Below, piece by piece: positions 39,686-49,904 of a DNA stretch of 64,000 nt (within the stretch, counting starts at the first letter, position 1; each line of letters opens with the position of its first letter). The position numbers were made by a program, and so were the translations under genes. The stretch lies in assembly GCA_043511425.1 (NCBI GenBank), contig CP121331.1, positions 1,529,983 to 1,593,982 of the forward strand. The letters run 5' to 3'. The DNA is from Sphingobacteriales bacterium (lineage in GTDB: Bacteria > Bacteroidota > Bacteroidia > NS11-12g > UBA9320). The notes beneath the pieces are model-generated. The model worked only from the letters and a program-made list of their open reading frames with translations, was not told the DNA's origin and searched no databases.

Positions 39686-42191
39686 TTTTGCGAAGCTCTA
39701 GTCGATTCCAAGTAGCTATTCCAAAACCAACGACCATCATCACGGTACCTAGCCATAAGAAGTTAATGTACGGAAATACAATCGCCTTCATCACGATAAA
39801 TTTAGGTTGAGGAGTCGTTTCTGCAATTTCCAGCACGGCTGTAGGACTCCCGTTTTCGGAGGGTCTCACTTCAAACCCGAAACGCAATCCTGCTTCAGCT
39901 ACTTCTTCTCGTATACTAAAGTACGTATTGGCGTTAATCCCAAAAATAGGATTTGCTTCCAGCATGGTTTTCCCTCTTTTTATCTTGAGATTAGCCTTTG
40001 CCAGCGTCGTATTCTTCAGTCCAATGCTTTTGCCATCTCCTTGCTCCACTCCTGTAAAGTAAACCACGCCATTTGCAGTAATGATACTGTCTCCTTTCTC
40101 TATCGTAAATTCTTTTACGTTTTGCCATGAGATACTATCATCATTCGGCTTAGGCAGCGAAGTGATGTGTGTGTACACATCATAGGTAAGGTAATGACGC
40201 GTATCTGGGTTAGGCAGTATTCCTCCCATGTCCTCATTGATCTGGGTGTTTGGCAAAAGTGTAAACTCTTCTAATCCATCGATAGACTTATAGTTCACCT
40301 TAAAGTAGATATCCTCTCCACTCGCACTATCTCCTTGATACGTTACCTGAAAATCTCCTAGTCGAGTAGGCTCGTCCTTGATAAGAAGCATATTTTCTCT
40401 ACGCGCTTTCTCATCAAAATTACCCATCTGACCACTGAAGTCTGCAGTAATGACCTGCTTCTTTGCACTACTCACTAACACACCGAGAAGCATCATACCA
40501 AATCCAATATGTGCTATGGATGATCCACTGAGTTTAAACTTTCGCACACTCAGTAGTATGTAAGCCAAGTGACCTACCATCGCAAAAATACCGGCAAGCA
40601 TTAGTATTACGTGCATTGGATTCGTAATCCCAAAAAGGAAAATCCCTCCCATTGTCAAGACTACCGCTATCGCCGCAGTAATTAGTATTTCTTTTGACAG
40701 TTTGGACTTATCCGGTGTACTTCGGTACCTAAAAAACTGTGAGACAGCCATAAGAATTGCTATCACTATAGCAATAGGCATCTGGTACATGTTGTAATAT
40801 CCAATTACATCCTCAGGCGGCACTAAATTAGTGCCAAAAATCTTATTAAACACTGGCTTAGAGGTGCCCACAAGCACTTGCACGGCGCTCAGGACTAGCA
40901 TCAATGAACCTATAAACATCCAAAACTCTCGACCCGTAATATTGTCTTCACTCGCCTTATTGGTGATGTTTTTATTTAGATTAAATACGAACCAAGCTAG
41001 GCCTACAATACTGAGAATCAGTAATGGATAAAAACTTAACTTGGTATAGAATGGCAGAAGCAGTACTAAAATACTTACAGGTATAATGATATACCACCGC
41101 TTTCGAGCACCTTCTGTCACTGCTATGATAGGCAGCCAGATAAAGAGAACCACGAACTGCATGAGTTGCCCGGCTAAACCTAAGTCAGTAAATGCGTGTA
41201 CTGACGTATCTCCCAACACTCCACTTCTCGTCAAGAAACTCGCATAGAGCACCATGATAAAGGTAGAGATAACCAAGGTATACGACGCTATTGTAGAACT
41301 ATTGGTTACTTTCTTAATGAGCATAAGGTGTATACCGCTAATGAGCAATAACCACGGAACAAGTGAAGCATTTTCCACCGGATCCCACGCCCAATAGCCA
41401 CCAAAACTAAGTGACTCATACGCCCAGAAACCACCCATAATAATTCCAGCACCGAGTATCATACCTCCGGCTAAGGCCCAAGGCAATGCTGGTTTTATCC
41501 AAGCTCTGTATTCTTTTTGAAAGAGCGAAGTAACCGCAAATGCAAATGGCACTATAGTCAATGCAAAGCCTAAGAATAATGTAGGTGGATGTATGACCAT
41601 CCAGTAGTTTTGAAGCAATGGGTTTAATCCTGTTCCGTCTACTATATTTTCAAGATAGTTAGGCGAACTGAATATAGGGGCCTGCATCTTATCCCTCAGC
41701 AGCTCAAACGGGCTACTTCCTAAGGTGTAGATATCTAAAATATTGATACCCAAAAGCATCGCAGTTAGGACCACCTGTGCCAGCGCCATGATAGCAAGTA
41801 CGCCTCGCTCCCATCTTTTAGCCGTAAAAATAAGGATAACACCTAGCAGTGCATTCCACACCATCCAGAGTAAAAAACTTCCTTCTTGCCCTTCCCAGAA
41901 ACATGATATCATATACCTAAGTGCAAGCGTCTTACTGCTGTGTTCGTAGGCATAAGCATACTCAAAGTAATGCTGCTGTATAATGACAAATAGGGTCACG
42001 AATATGCCGAGAACCGCTATGGTGTGAATACCATAAAACAGTCTTCCAATACTTACATCTGTACCCTTATCTGCTGAGGACTTAGCATAAAAAACAGCAC
42101 TTAAAAGTGCTGCCACAAAAGATAAGACTACAAAAAAGTGTCCTAAGTTACCGATGAAGAGATTCTCTCCTACGTAGGTTATTGTTTCCAT
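39675..42191 (-). CDS. ccmF: Cytochrome c-type biogenesis protein CcmF (heme lyase subunit) with an extended C-terminus.
   Basis: WWD domain GGYWAWDPVENASLVPWL, conserved His residues, about 15 TM helices, 838 aa. Confidence 0.85.
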   Translation of the reverse strand: METITYVGENLFIGNLGHFFVVLSFVAALLSAVFYAKSSADKGTDVSIGRLFYGIHTIAVLGIFVTLFVIIQQHYFEYAYAYEHSSKTLALRYMISCFWEGQEGSFLLWMVWNALLGVILIFTAKRWERGVLAIMALAQVVLTAMLLGINILDIYTLGSSPFELLRDKMQAPIFSSPNYLENIVDGTGLNPLLQNYWMVIHPPTLFLGFALTIVPFAFAVTSLFQKEYRAWIKPALPWALAGGMILGAGIIMGGFWAYESLSFGGYWAWDPVENASLVPWLLLISGIHLMLIKKVTNSSTIASYTLVISTFIMVLYASFLTRSGVLGDTSVHAFTDLGLAGQLMQFVVLFIWLPIIAVTEGARKRWYIIIPVSILVLLLPFYTKLSFYPLLILSIVGLAWFVFNLNKNITNKASEDNITGREFWMFIGSLMLVLSAVQVLVGTSKPVFNKIFGTNLVPPEDVIGYYNMYQMPIAIVIAILMAVSQFFRYRSTPDKSKLSKEILITAAIAVVLTMGGIFLFGITNPMHVILMLAGIFAMVGHLAYILLSVRKFKLSGSSIAHIGFGMMLLGVLVSSAKKQVITADFSGQMGNFDEKARRENMLLIKDEPTRLGDFQVTYQGDSASGEDIYFKVNYKSIDGLEEFTLLPNTQINEDMGGILPNPDTRHYLTYDVYTHITSLPKPNDDSISWQNVKEFTIEKGDSIITANGVVYFTGVEQGDGKSIGLKNTTLAKANLKIKRGKTMLEANPIFGINANTYFSIREEVAEAGLRFGFEVRPSENGSPTAVLEIAETTPQPKFIVMKAIVFPYINFLWLGTVMMVVGFGIATWNRLELRKNAV

Positions 42192-42197
42192 TGCTTA

Positions 42198-42602
42198 TTA
42201 GCTTCTTGATGCTTGAGCTGCTCGTTGCGTTTCTTCGTCCTTATACTTTGATGGACACTTAGGTATCACCTTAGTAGCTCTGAATATATCTCCATCCACG
42301 TGTCCATACATATTTACGGTCTCTGCCCTTTCAAAATCCTGTTGCTTTGGTTCTGTAGAGACTACTTTTCGAATTTCACCTTCTTTATCTTTCAGATAAA
42401 AAGAGAAATAGTTCGCGTCTTTCACAGGATCGTACTCCATAGGCATATCCTTAGCTAGGAATCCCGTAATGTGATACGTATCTCCAGGATTAGCAGCAGC
42501 TTCTGTGAATGTAGAACTCTTCTCTGCTCCGCTGTACGTACTCATGATACCTGCTATGGCTATCGCTAGTAGGACTAATAATATGATTGCTTTAGGCTTC
42601 AT
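42198..42602 (-). CDS. ccmE: Heme chaperone CcmE, CxxxY-type variant.
   Basis: N-terminal TM anchor, OB-fold region, and a C-terminal KVIPKCPSKYKDEE in which CxxxY replaces the canonical HxxxY heme-binding motif. Confidence 0.7.
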   Translation of the reverse strand: MKPKAIILLVLLAIAIAGIMSTYSGAEKSSTFTEAAANPGDTYHITGFLAKDMPMEYDPVKDANYFSFYLKDKEGEIRKVVSTEPKQQDFERAETVNMYGHVDGDIFRATKVIPKCPSKYKDEETQRAAQASRS

Positions 42603-42792
42603 TTCTATCTTTTTCTAACTTAGTTATCTTCTTATCTAATCTTACTAAATACAACGTAATAAGACTGAAAATGATTACTAGAACGGCAATAACAACGTAA
42701 ATTTTTCCACTTTGATAAAAGAAGTCATCTACCGGCGTCTGTGCAAGAGCACGGTATCCTAGTAAAAGTATAATCCAACTATATTTCCTCAT
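42592..42792 (-). CDS. Small single-TM protein, CcmD-like. It is translationally coupled, overlapping both neighbours.
   Basis: 66 aa, one TM helix, position between ccmC and ccmE. Confidence 0.4.
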   Translation of the reverse strand: MRKYSWIILLLGYRALAQTPVDDFFYQSGKIYVVIAVLVIIFSLITLYLVRLDKKITKLEKDRNEA

Positions 42793-43447
42793 CTTTTCTT
42801 TTTAGTTCTGTTAATCTGTATTTGAGCGTGGCTATCCATACTCCTAATAGTATCCAACCTATGCCTGCCAAGTAAAACACCTTGCGCAAGTTATTGTCTA
42901 AATCTAAACTACTGAAAGCTATCGTATCTCCACTGGCCGGATGCAGACTCGTCTCTGCCATACGCGGATATATAATGATAAGCACAATGTAGATGGGAAA
43001 GGCAAAAAGATTATACACCGCAGAGAATTTTCCTCGTTGATTTTCGTCTTCTATGCTATTCCTCAGGATGTAATATGCAATGTAGATGAGCATTCCAATG
43101 GCTGCTCCATTGAGCTTCGCATCTTCTATCCACCATGTACCCCACGTAAATCTAGCCCAAAATGAACCTGTAGCTAATCCCATCAACCCAAATAGCATAC
43201 TGACTTTTACAAAGCTACTACTCAAGCTGTCGTGCTGAAGGTCTCCAGAACTTAAAAACTTAATACCGTATATGTAGGATACGACTAAGAGTATAATCAT
43301 ACTAAACCACATAGGCACGTGAAAATGCAGGTTGCGTATGGTTTTGGCAAGAATACCTATATCATCTGGAGCAGGCATCAGTAGACCACCTATGATAGCA
43401 TAGATAATGCACACTACCGCGAGTATTTTCCACCAGGATTTTCTCAT
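42779..43447 (-). CDS. ccmC: Heme exporter protein CcmC.
   Basis: WWD motif RFTWGTWWIEDAKLN, 6 TM helices. The annotated start is placed at MRKSWWKILAVV. Confidence 0.85.
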   Translation of the reverse strand: MRKSWWKILAVVCIIYAIIGGLLMPAPDDIGILAKTIRNLHFHVPMWFSMIILLVVSYIYGIKFLSSGDLQHDSLSSSFVKVSMLFGLMGLATGSFWARFTWGTWWIEDAKLNGAAIGMLIYIAYYILRNSIEDENQRGKFSAVYNLFAFPIYIVLIIIYPRMAETSLHPASGDTIAFSSLDLDNNLRKVFYLAGIGWILLGVWIATLKYRLTELKRKDEEI

Positions 43448-43627
43448 TTTTTTTCTTCTTAGCAAAGGTAGTTTTTTATACCTTATGAGAAATGAGCTTA
43501 CACAGAATTTTGAATGATTCGAGATAATGTCACCAAAGCTACTAACAGTAAAAATGCCGTTATTGAAACAACGGGACACTCTATTCTCGATGCAAGCTGA
43601 CTGGCAAAAGGTGAGTTTTAAAATTAG

Positions 43628-43837
43628 TTAATCAAACTTCCCATCTTTCTTGTCTTGATTGAACTGTTTTCTTCGGAGCATCACATATCGCATAAAAGCG
43701 AATAGGGCTACCCCTATGAATAGATAACCAGAAGTCTTATCTGGATTTTTTGAAGTTAAGATACTAAATGCTTCAAAAACAGACACTGCTGCTACGAGCA
43801 TCCAGATGATTTGTAATATGCGCGGTAATTTTTTCAC
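43628..43837 (-). CDS. Small 2-TM membrane protein.
   Basis: 69-aa ORF with a hydrophobic profile only. Confidence 0.3.
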   Translation of the reverse strand: MKKLPRILQIIWMLVAAVSVFEAFSILTSKNPDKTSGYLFIGVALFAFMRYVMLRRKQFNQDKKDGKFD

Positions 43838-43872
43838 TGTACAATAATAGATTAAATGACTGAATGGTTAAA

Positions 43873-44469
43873 TCAGTCTTCTTCAATGGTTTCCTCTTCT
43901 CCAATTTCTTCGTCTAAGTATACTATACCAGTAACCTTGGTAAACGTATAATTCAGAAAATCTTCATCACTCTCAAAACCTTCAGCCATGATAATTTTCT
44001 CGTTTCTAATGCGTACACGTACGGGCTTATCTGAGGTAACTCTGCGTTTTTTCTTGTCCCAAATGAGTTCATCCGTTTTGATCTCCTCGTCATTTCTATT
44101 CAGTACCCGCACACTGTCTCGTATCTCAATACGATCGTCTTTCTCGTAATGCATAGCGTACTTTGCATCAAGTTGACTACTCGTGTCTCCTATATCATCA
44201 AAAAAAACAGCGTGTACTCCTACAGGCATTTCAACACGCGGATTTTCCTTGTCTGGAAATCGCTTCATCAAAGGAGCTGCTATAGTAGCTCTAAGAATGG
44301 CTGAATCAGTATAGGTAATCTGAACACCATTTGCCACCTCCACACTCAGGCTATCCATAGTAGCATTCAGGTCCGTTAATTCCTTCACCGTATGATCACT
44401 GCTACACGCCATGAAAAAAGCGGCAGTAAGTACTACTGCCGCTTTAGTGATATGTTTTTGAAATAGCAT
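43873..44469 (-). CDS. LptC-like periplasmic lipoprotein (OstA-N fold).
   Basis: Lipobox FFMACSS, about 190 aa, beta-jellyroll-like pattern, acidic C-terminal tail. Confidence 0.5.
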   Translation of the reverse strand: MLFQKHITKAAVVLTAAFFMACSSDHTVKELTDLNATMDSLSVEVANGVQITYTDSAILRATIAAPLMKRFPDKENPRVEMPVGVHAVFFDDIGDTSSQLDAKYAMHYEKDDRIEIRDSVRVLNRNDEEIKTDELIWDKKKRRVTSDKPVRVRIRNEKIIMAEGFESDEDFLNYTFTKVTGIVYLDEEIGEEETIEED

Positions 44470-44474
44470 CGCTA

Positions 44475-45854
44475 TTATCCGCCGATGGTCCGCACTGTGG
44501 TAGTCTCACCTATCCAGCACCCAACACTGTAGCTATCTCCGTTATTTATCCCCTTGAAGAAGGCATCTTCTTTTCCAGGAAAATAGGAAGAGTATTTATT
44601 TATTTGATCTTGAGCATCTTTTGCTACACTCGGATCTACATTTTTAGCCTTATAGTACTTATCTACGGCTACCAAGTACACCCCTCCTCTACCAAGATCT
44701 CCGGTCCCACAAGAACTTGCACTCGCTGCATACGCGTCTCCTATAAGAATATAGGCTTCTCCACTATTTGGGTTAATAGCTAAGGCCTTACGTGCATAGT
44801 CTCTTACGGTACTGTATTGCTTGTTGTTTTTGGCAGTTTTAGCCAGTTTTATCCAAATCTCATATTTAGCTTCATCAGTAGGAGCTAAATCTGCTGCTTT
44901 GGTATAGTAACTTACCGCTTTCGTGTCATCTCCTTGCTTACCAAAAGCTTTGGCAAGACTAAGTGCTGCATCCGTACTTGGCTTAAGCGTAAATAGTGCT
45001 TCAGAACATTGTAAGTAAAACGCCTTGCTATCGCATCCACCTCGGTCTAGAAGTTTCACCGTAGCTTTTAACCACGCTACATTTGTTTTATTATCCGCAT
45101 AGTAAGGCTTTTTAAGCTCCTCTAATTTATCACAGTCTAAGTAAGGCTTCATCATACCTATCACTGCATCTTGCGTGGATAACCATTTCACTCCTTTAAG
45201 AGAGTCTTTGACACTAGCACCTGCAGCCGTATAGGTAACAATATTTGCATCTATTATCGGAGTCACCTCGTCCAGAATCATAAATAAGCTATCTAAACTT
45301 AATTCTTTTTTCTTGTACTGCTTTACCCCTGCATATACATAGTCTTTAGGTACATCATACTTCGTCTTATCTCCTTGTAATTTTAGAGACTTACTGAAAA
45401 TAGCAAGCGCTTCTTCACGGTTAGCTGGTGAAAGCTTCGCCATATCATCTGCTTTCTTACCTAATACATATCCTTCTTGTCCAAAGAACTCAATTCTCTT
45501 ATCGTGACACAGCAGCAAGGTGTCTACCAAGCCTTTAAATCTTGGCTTATACTCCTCTTCTCTAAGTACTTTTTTAATGATGTACGGCCCACTGTATGTG
45601 ATTCTTTTTTGAATACATGGAGCATTGTCAAAAAGGTACTTCCAGTATGGGAATGCTTCTACGTACTTCTTCTCTTGGTAGTACTGATTAAATAGAGATA
45701 ACTTCTTCGCAGTAGTCACACTATCTGATCCCCACTTATTTTGACAAGCTTCTGGATTATTGTCGTCCCCATCCTCGTCATCATCATCTGTGTCTTGGGC
45801 TATCGCAGTAAAACCTACGAAGGCCATAAGCATAAATAAAATGTACTTCTTCAT
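44475..45854 (-). CDS. Secreted TPR-repeat protein with an acidic Asp-rich linker.
   Basis: Signal peptide MKKYILFMLMAFVGFTAIAQ, a DTDDDDEDGDDNN stretch, and TPR-like repeats. Confidence 0.55.
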   Translation of the reverse strand: MKKYILFMLMAFVGFTAIAQDTDDDDEDGDDNNPEACQNKWGSDSVTTAKKLSLFNQYYQEKKYVEAFPYWKYLFDNAPCIQKRITYSGPYIIKKVLREEEYKPRFKGLVDTLLLCHDKRIEFFGQEGYVLGKKADDMAKLSPANREEALAIFSKSLKLQGDKTKYDVPKDYVYAGVKQYKKKELSLDSLFMILDEVTPIIDANIVTYTAAGASVKDSLKGVKWLSTQDAVIGMMKPYLDCDKLEELKKPYYADNKTNVAWLKATVKLLDRGGCDSKAFYLQCSEALFTLKPSTDAALSLAKAFGKQGDDTKAVSYYTKAADLAPTDEAKYEIWIKLAKTAKNNKQYSTVRDYARKALAINPNSGEAYILIGDAYAASASSCGTGDLGRGGVYLVAVDKYYKAKNVDPSVAKDAQDQINKYSSYFPGKEDAFFKGINNGDSYSVGCWIGETTTVRTIGG

Positions 45855-45862
45855 TTTGTTGT

Positions 45863-47191
45863 TTATCGATATTTCCGTTTTGTAAACCATTTGTCGTTTA
45901 AATTTAATCCTATTCCTATATTAAAATAATCTTCTTGTATCAATTGGTTAGCAGTACTGCCTCTCTTCACATATTCTGCACTGAGATTTATTCTACTCAC
46001 TATTGCTACTTTCTCATCTTCTGTTCTTACAGACTTAACTATTGGTAATCCTAATCCAAAACTTATGCCAACTTCAGAAATTTGATTTCCAGCAAAGTTG
46101 TAGTACAGATTTTCGTAACGCGCTCCTAGGCGATACTCTACTTTTTTAAGAAAGTTCCCTTTGTCTCCATACTTAGGCAATGGCACTATGCTAAATCCTG
46201 CTGCTAATCGCGTATTATCAAAAAACGTATTCCCTGATCTGCTATCTGTAACACCTGACCATAAATTTTGTTCAGCTTCAATGCTCAGCGTCCATACATC
46301 ACCATATTTCAATGTATAACCCAGTGTAAATCCGATGGGCTTGGTAGTGGTATCTCGCTTATTATCTTCAAAAAGAATAGTATCAATAGGTACTTCCTCC
46401 CCCAATGCAAATCGAGTACCGACTACAGTCTGAGAAAACCTATACCCATCACCAATAAGCTGAGTAGCTCCTTGATACGAAGCCGCGATGGTATGATCCA
46501 GTCTCACTACATCTTTATTGTCTTTCTGTATAGATTGCTGTACAGTATACTGTGCACCAAAATCCAAACTAGCTCCACCGTAAGCAAAGTATGTTTCGTC
46601 TATAAAACTGAAGCGGGTAACACTACTCGGATATATCGTAGTGTTCGCAGAGGCCACATTACCGAAAATATAATTCGCATTAAATCCTATGTTTAAATTC
46701 TTTATTACCTCAATACCATAACCAACATACACTCTACTTAGACCACCACTTCCTCCGTACTGATTATAATACGATGGAGTATCCACTCTATTGTTCCGAA
46801 TGGTATAACCTACATCACTAAACTGATTGGTACCAAAACTTACTCCCATTTTTTTCTTGGCAGCTATTGGGAAGGCCATAGCGAAGTAGTTAAAGTTTCC
46901 CGCTCTCGTGAAGGACGGATCAGAATTTTCTGTAGTGAGTGTACCTAAACTCAAACCTGCACCAACATCTAGAATGGTAAAACCCAGATTCGCATAAGAG
47001 GCCGGATTAAGTGCCGAAAAAGAGTTTTTACTGCGTTGAGCAATGGATGTGGTGCCCATACCTTTGTGTTGGTTAAACCCTCCATACTTTAGCTCTCCTA
47101 TACCGGCTATGCTATATGGCGAACTGGTGCCAGACTGAGCTACAGCAGACAAAGAGGCAAATAGTAAGACTATCGTCCACGTTTTATTCAT
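45863..47191 (-). CDS. Putative outer-membrane beta-barrel protein (porin-like).
   Basis: Signal peptide, alternating amphipathic beta-strand pattern, and the C-terminal residue pattern ...KRKYR. No specific family assigned. Confidence 0.4.
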   Translation of the reverse strand: MNKTWTIVLLFASLSAVAQSGTSSPYSIAGIGELKYGGFNQHKGMGTTSIAQRSKNSFSALNPASYANLGFTILDVGAGLSLGTLTTENSDPSFTRAGNFNYFAMAFPIAAKKKMGVSFGTNQFSDVGYTIRNNRVDTPSYYNQYGGSGGLSRVYVGYGIEVIKNLNIGFNANYIFGNVASANTTIYPSSVTRFSFIDETYFAYGGASLDFGAQYTVQQSIQKDNKDVVRLDHTIAASYQGATQLIGDGYRFSQTVVGTRFALGEEVPIDTILFEDNKRDTTTKPIGFTLGYTLKYGDVWTLSIEAEQNLWSGVTDSRSGNTFFDNTRLAAGFSIVPLPKYGDKGNFLKKVEYRLGARYENLYYNFAGNQISEVGISFGLGLPIVKSVRTEDEKVAIVSRINLSAEYVKRGSTANQLIQEDYFNIGIGLNLNDKWFTKRKYR

Positions 47192-47894
47192 TCTTAGCAT
47201 TATATTCTATGGTATTTTTTAGTCCTTGAAGCACCAATTTTGAGCGTGCGAATATCTCATTTTTAACCTCATTCCCAAAATGTATCTTAACACTACTGCA
47301 ATCAACGATTTTGAGCCCGGGAAACTGTGCATTCATTTCACGTATGTAACCTTCCAGTTCATAACCGATGGACTGACATACGCCTACCTGAAGCGCTTGC
47401 TCCGTGGTCTTCCCTGGAAATCTGACATCGTAGTTAAACCCTACAAGTGGCAGTCCAGCTGTGAATGTATGCATCGCTTTTAGCCGCATCTGCACTCCCG
47501 GAGAAATCAAGCCCCCTAAAAAAACACCATCTACAAGTAAATCCACCGTAAGGCATGTACCTAAATCCACTATAAGCCGCGGTGAGGTCGGATTCATATG
47601 GTACGCCGCAGTGGCCGTAGCTATTCGATCTCTACCTAGCGTATGCGGTGTGTCATAATCCAAGACTATAGGCAAGGGTGTCGTGTGACTGAGGTAATCC
47701 CCCGAATCAAGCACCGCCTCGAGTTCAGAGTAGCTTCCTGTCTTGGACACCAATACTTCACAGGGGTTAGCGGTGATCCGTTCATAATCCTTCACCGTAA
47801 AAGGTTTAATGTACTCTACTTCGCTATCTCCCTTATAAACAGCAGCCTTGGTAGACGTATTTCCTATGTCGATGCATAGTTTTAATGTATCCAT
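47184..47894 (-). CDS. coaX: Type III pantothenate kinase.
   Basis: MDTLKLCIDIGNTSTKAAVY N-terminal ASKHA motif. 236 aa. Confidence 0.9.
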   Translation of the reverse strand: MDTLKLCIDIGNTSTKAAVYKGDSEVEYIKPFTVKDYERITANPCEVLVSKTGSYSELEAVLDSGDYLSHTTPLPIVLDYDTPHTLGRDRIATATAAYHMNPTSPRLIVDLGTCLTVDLLVDGVFLGGLISPGVQMRLKAMHTFTAGLPLVGFNYDVRFPGKTTEQALQVGVCQSIGYELEGYIREMNAQFPGLKIVDCSSVKIHFGNEVKNEIFARSKLVLQGLKNTIEYNAKNE

Positions 47895-48598
47895 TTTACT
47901 TTATGATGCTCTAGTTGAATGATGTCTTTTGCACTCCTTACTAGCAGATTCCCGCTAGCGTGAATGCCACATATCTCATATTCTTCTATACGGTTATTCG
48001 TCTCAAAGGTTACATTTTCCCCCAACTTATATAACTTCTTATTGACCTCTTCGAGTAATGCAGTACTATTTTCGGTAATTCGTTGATAAAACGAATCATA
48101 GAGCTCATGAAGTACACTTACTGTATTGGACTCTTCTCCAGTAACCAAGGAAATAGACGTGGCCTTATATTCCTCAAATTTTCGTTGGTTTACATTTAGG
48201 CCTATCCCTATCACCGCATGCCTTACTCGCTTCTCTGCTACTATATTTTCTGTGAGAATCCCTGCTATTTTTCGCTCTCCTACATACACGTCATTGGGCC
48301 ACTTTATCGCACTCTTTTTTACCCCCATTTTAGTTAGCACATCTACGACTGAAAGCGCTGCAGCATGATTGAGCCAAGATAAACTCACTACATCGCCAGG
48401 ATTAGATACCAAAAAACTCACTAGAATATTTTGGTGAGGACTACTCTCCCAATGATTTCCGCGTTGCCCTTTACCTGCAGATTGACTGCCAGCACTGACC
48501 GCATACGGCTGTTTTGCAAAGCCTTGTTTTATGCGAGACTTCAGGTAGGTGTTGGTAGAATCTACCTCATTTACAAAATCTATGTTGTACGAGTGCAA
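47882..48598 (-). CDS. birA: Biotin--[acetyl-CoA-carboxylase] ligase (group I, no DNA-binding domain).
   Basis: GKGQRGNHWESSP (GRGRxGRxW-type motif), KWPNDVYV. 238 aa. Confidence 0.85.
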   Translation of the reverse strand: MHSYNIDFVNEVDSTNTYLKSRIKQGFAKQPYAVSAGSQSAGKGQRGNHWESSPHQNILVSFLVSNPGDVVSLSWLNHAAALSVVDVLTKMGVKKSAIKWPNDVYVGERKIAGILTENIVAEKRVRHAVIGIGLNVNQRKFEEYKATSISLVTGEESNTVSVLHELYDSFYQRITENSTALLEEVNKKLYKLGENVTFETNNRIEEYEICGIHASGNLLVRSAKDIIQLEHHKVKWIH

Positions 48599-48653
48599 AA
48601 AGGAAAGCGGATTAAAGTATTAGACTAATTTTGCAGCAAAGTTATCGCATTAA

Positions 48654-49025
48654 ATGGCAAAAAATATTAAACCGGCAGACGTACTAGCAGAAGTAATCGT
48701 AAAAGGCATGCAGGAAAAGAAAGCGAAGAATATCGTGAAGATAGATCTATCGCACATCAATGAAGCAGCAGCAGACTATTTCGTAATATGCCACGGGGAT
48801 AGCGACAGACAAGCAAAAGCCATAGCGGATAGTGTGGAGGATGTAGTACGTGAGACGATGAATGAGAAACCCACTAGCCGTGAAGGACAAGGACAAAATA
48901 GATGGGTACTCCTAGACTATGTAAATGTAGTAGTACACGTATTCCAAAAAGAAGTAAGAGACTTCTACGAGATAGAAGAACTCTGGCATGATGGCAAATT
49001 CACTAAGTACGAAGACTTAGACTAG
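48654..49025 (+). CDS. rsfS: Ribosome silencing factor RsfS (Iojap).
   Basis: 123 aa, with DYVNVVVHVFQKEVRDFYEIEELW typical of RsfS. Confidence 0.9.
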   Translation: MAKNIKPADVLAEVIVKGMQEKKAKNIVKIDLSHINEAAADYFVICHGDSDRQAKAIADSVEDVVRETMNEKPTSREGQGQNRWVLLDYVNVVVHVFQKEVRDFYEIEELWHDGKFTKYEDLD

Positions 49026-49100
49026 GAAGTTTAAGATTAAGTCAAAGATTAAGTCAAAGATTAAGTTTAAGTTTAAATCTAAGTTTAAGTTTAGGCGGGA
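49021..49100. repeat. Short tandem simple-sequence repeats (AAGATTAAGTCA x2.5; TAAGTTTAAGTT x3) in a convergent intergenic region.
   Basis: Direct inspection. Confidence 0.6.
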
Positions 49101-49172
49101 GGGTTAGATTTGGTTGAAGCATTCCTCGTCGGAGAATAGCTTTTCTCATTGGATACTAAGCTTAATAAGCAT

Positions 49173-49904
49173 TTATTTTTTTAGGTTATATCCAAAGGTA
49201 AGTTCTATAAATGATGCCTTTTCAGACACAGTGAAAGCTGAGATATTATTGCTAAAAGCTACATCTGACTCAGCACTATCATAGTGTGCCAAATTCCAAA
49301 ACTTAGGAGAATAGATGTACTGAAGGCCCAGTTTCCAGCGATCAACATTTATAACATAACGAGCGCCTACATTTACACCACCATTAAGCCTATTTAAGCC
49401 TTCTTGTCGATGCATATAGCCTAGAGGGTCATTCTTATCATTACTTATCTCTAAGTCTGTGTTTTCTGTAGCTAGTACGTAATCTCCGTGCAAGCCTATG
49501 ACAGCTTCTAGAGAAGTCTTATTTTGTTGAAATAATTTAAGGTTTACATTAGTATTTAGTCCTACATAAGGCACATCATACGTGTTCTTTTCTAAATCCC
49601 ACTGATAAGATGGATTACTCTCCATTCGCTCGTTAATGGCTAGCTTACCACCACTCTGATAGTATGATACAGATGAGGATAGGGACCACTTTTCTTTCTC
49701 AAAGTACTCCATCCCTAGCGAAACACTAATATCAGACTTTGGAATTTGATAATAATTCATCCCAAACGTAGCACGTGCAAATTGATCTTGCTTCATTCGC
49801 CACGTGGTAATGGAGCGGACCACACCTGTAGAGAAGGTGATAGTCTGTGCGAAGCCTATGAACACTGCACTTGTAAAAAGCAGCGCTGTTAATATTCTTT
49901 TCAT
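49173..49904 (-). CDS. Outer-membrane beta-barrel protein (small porin/PagL-like), paralog 1.
   Basis: Signal peptide, about 8 amphipathic strands, aromatic-rich C-terminus. About 30% identity to the upstream paralog. Confidence 0.45.
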   Translation of the reverse strand: MKRILTALLFTSAVFIGFAQTITFSTGVVRSITTWRMKQDQFARATFGMNYYQIPKSDISVSLGMEYFEKEKWSLSSSVSYYQSGGKLAINERMESNPSYQWDLEKNTYDVPYVGLNTNVNLKLFQQNKTSLEAVIGLHGDYVLATENTDLEISNDKNDPLGYMHRQEGLNRLNGGVNVGARYVINVDRWKLGLQYIYSPKFWNLAHYDSAESDVAFSNNISAFTVSEKASFIELTFGYNLKK

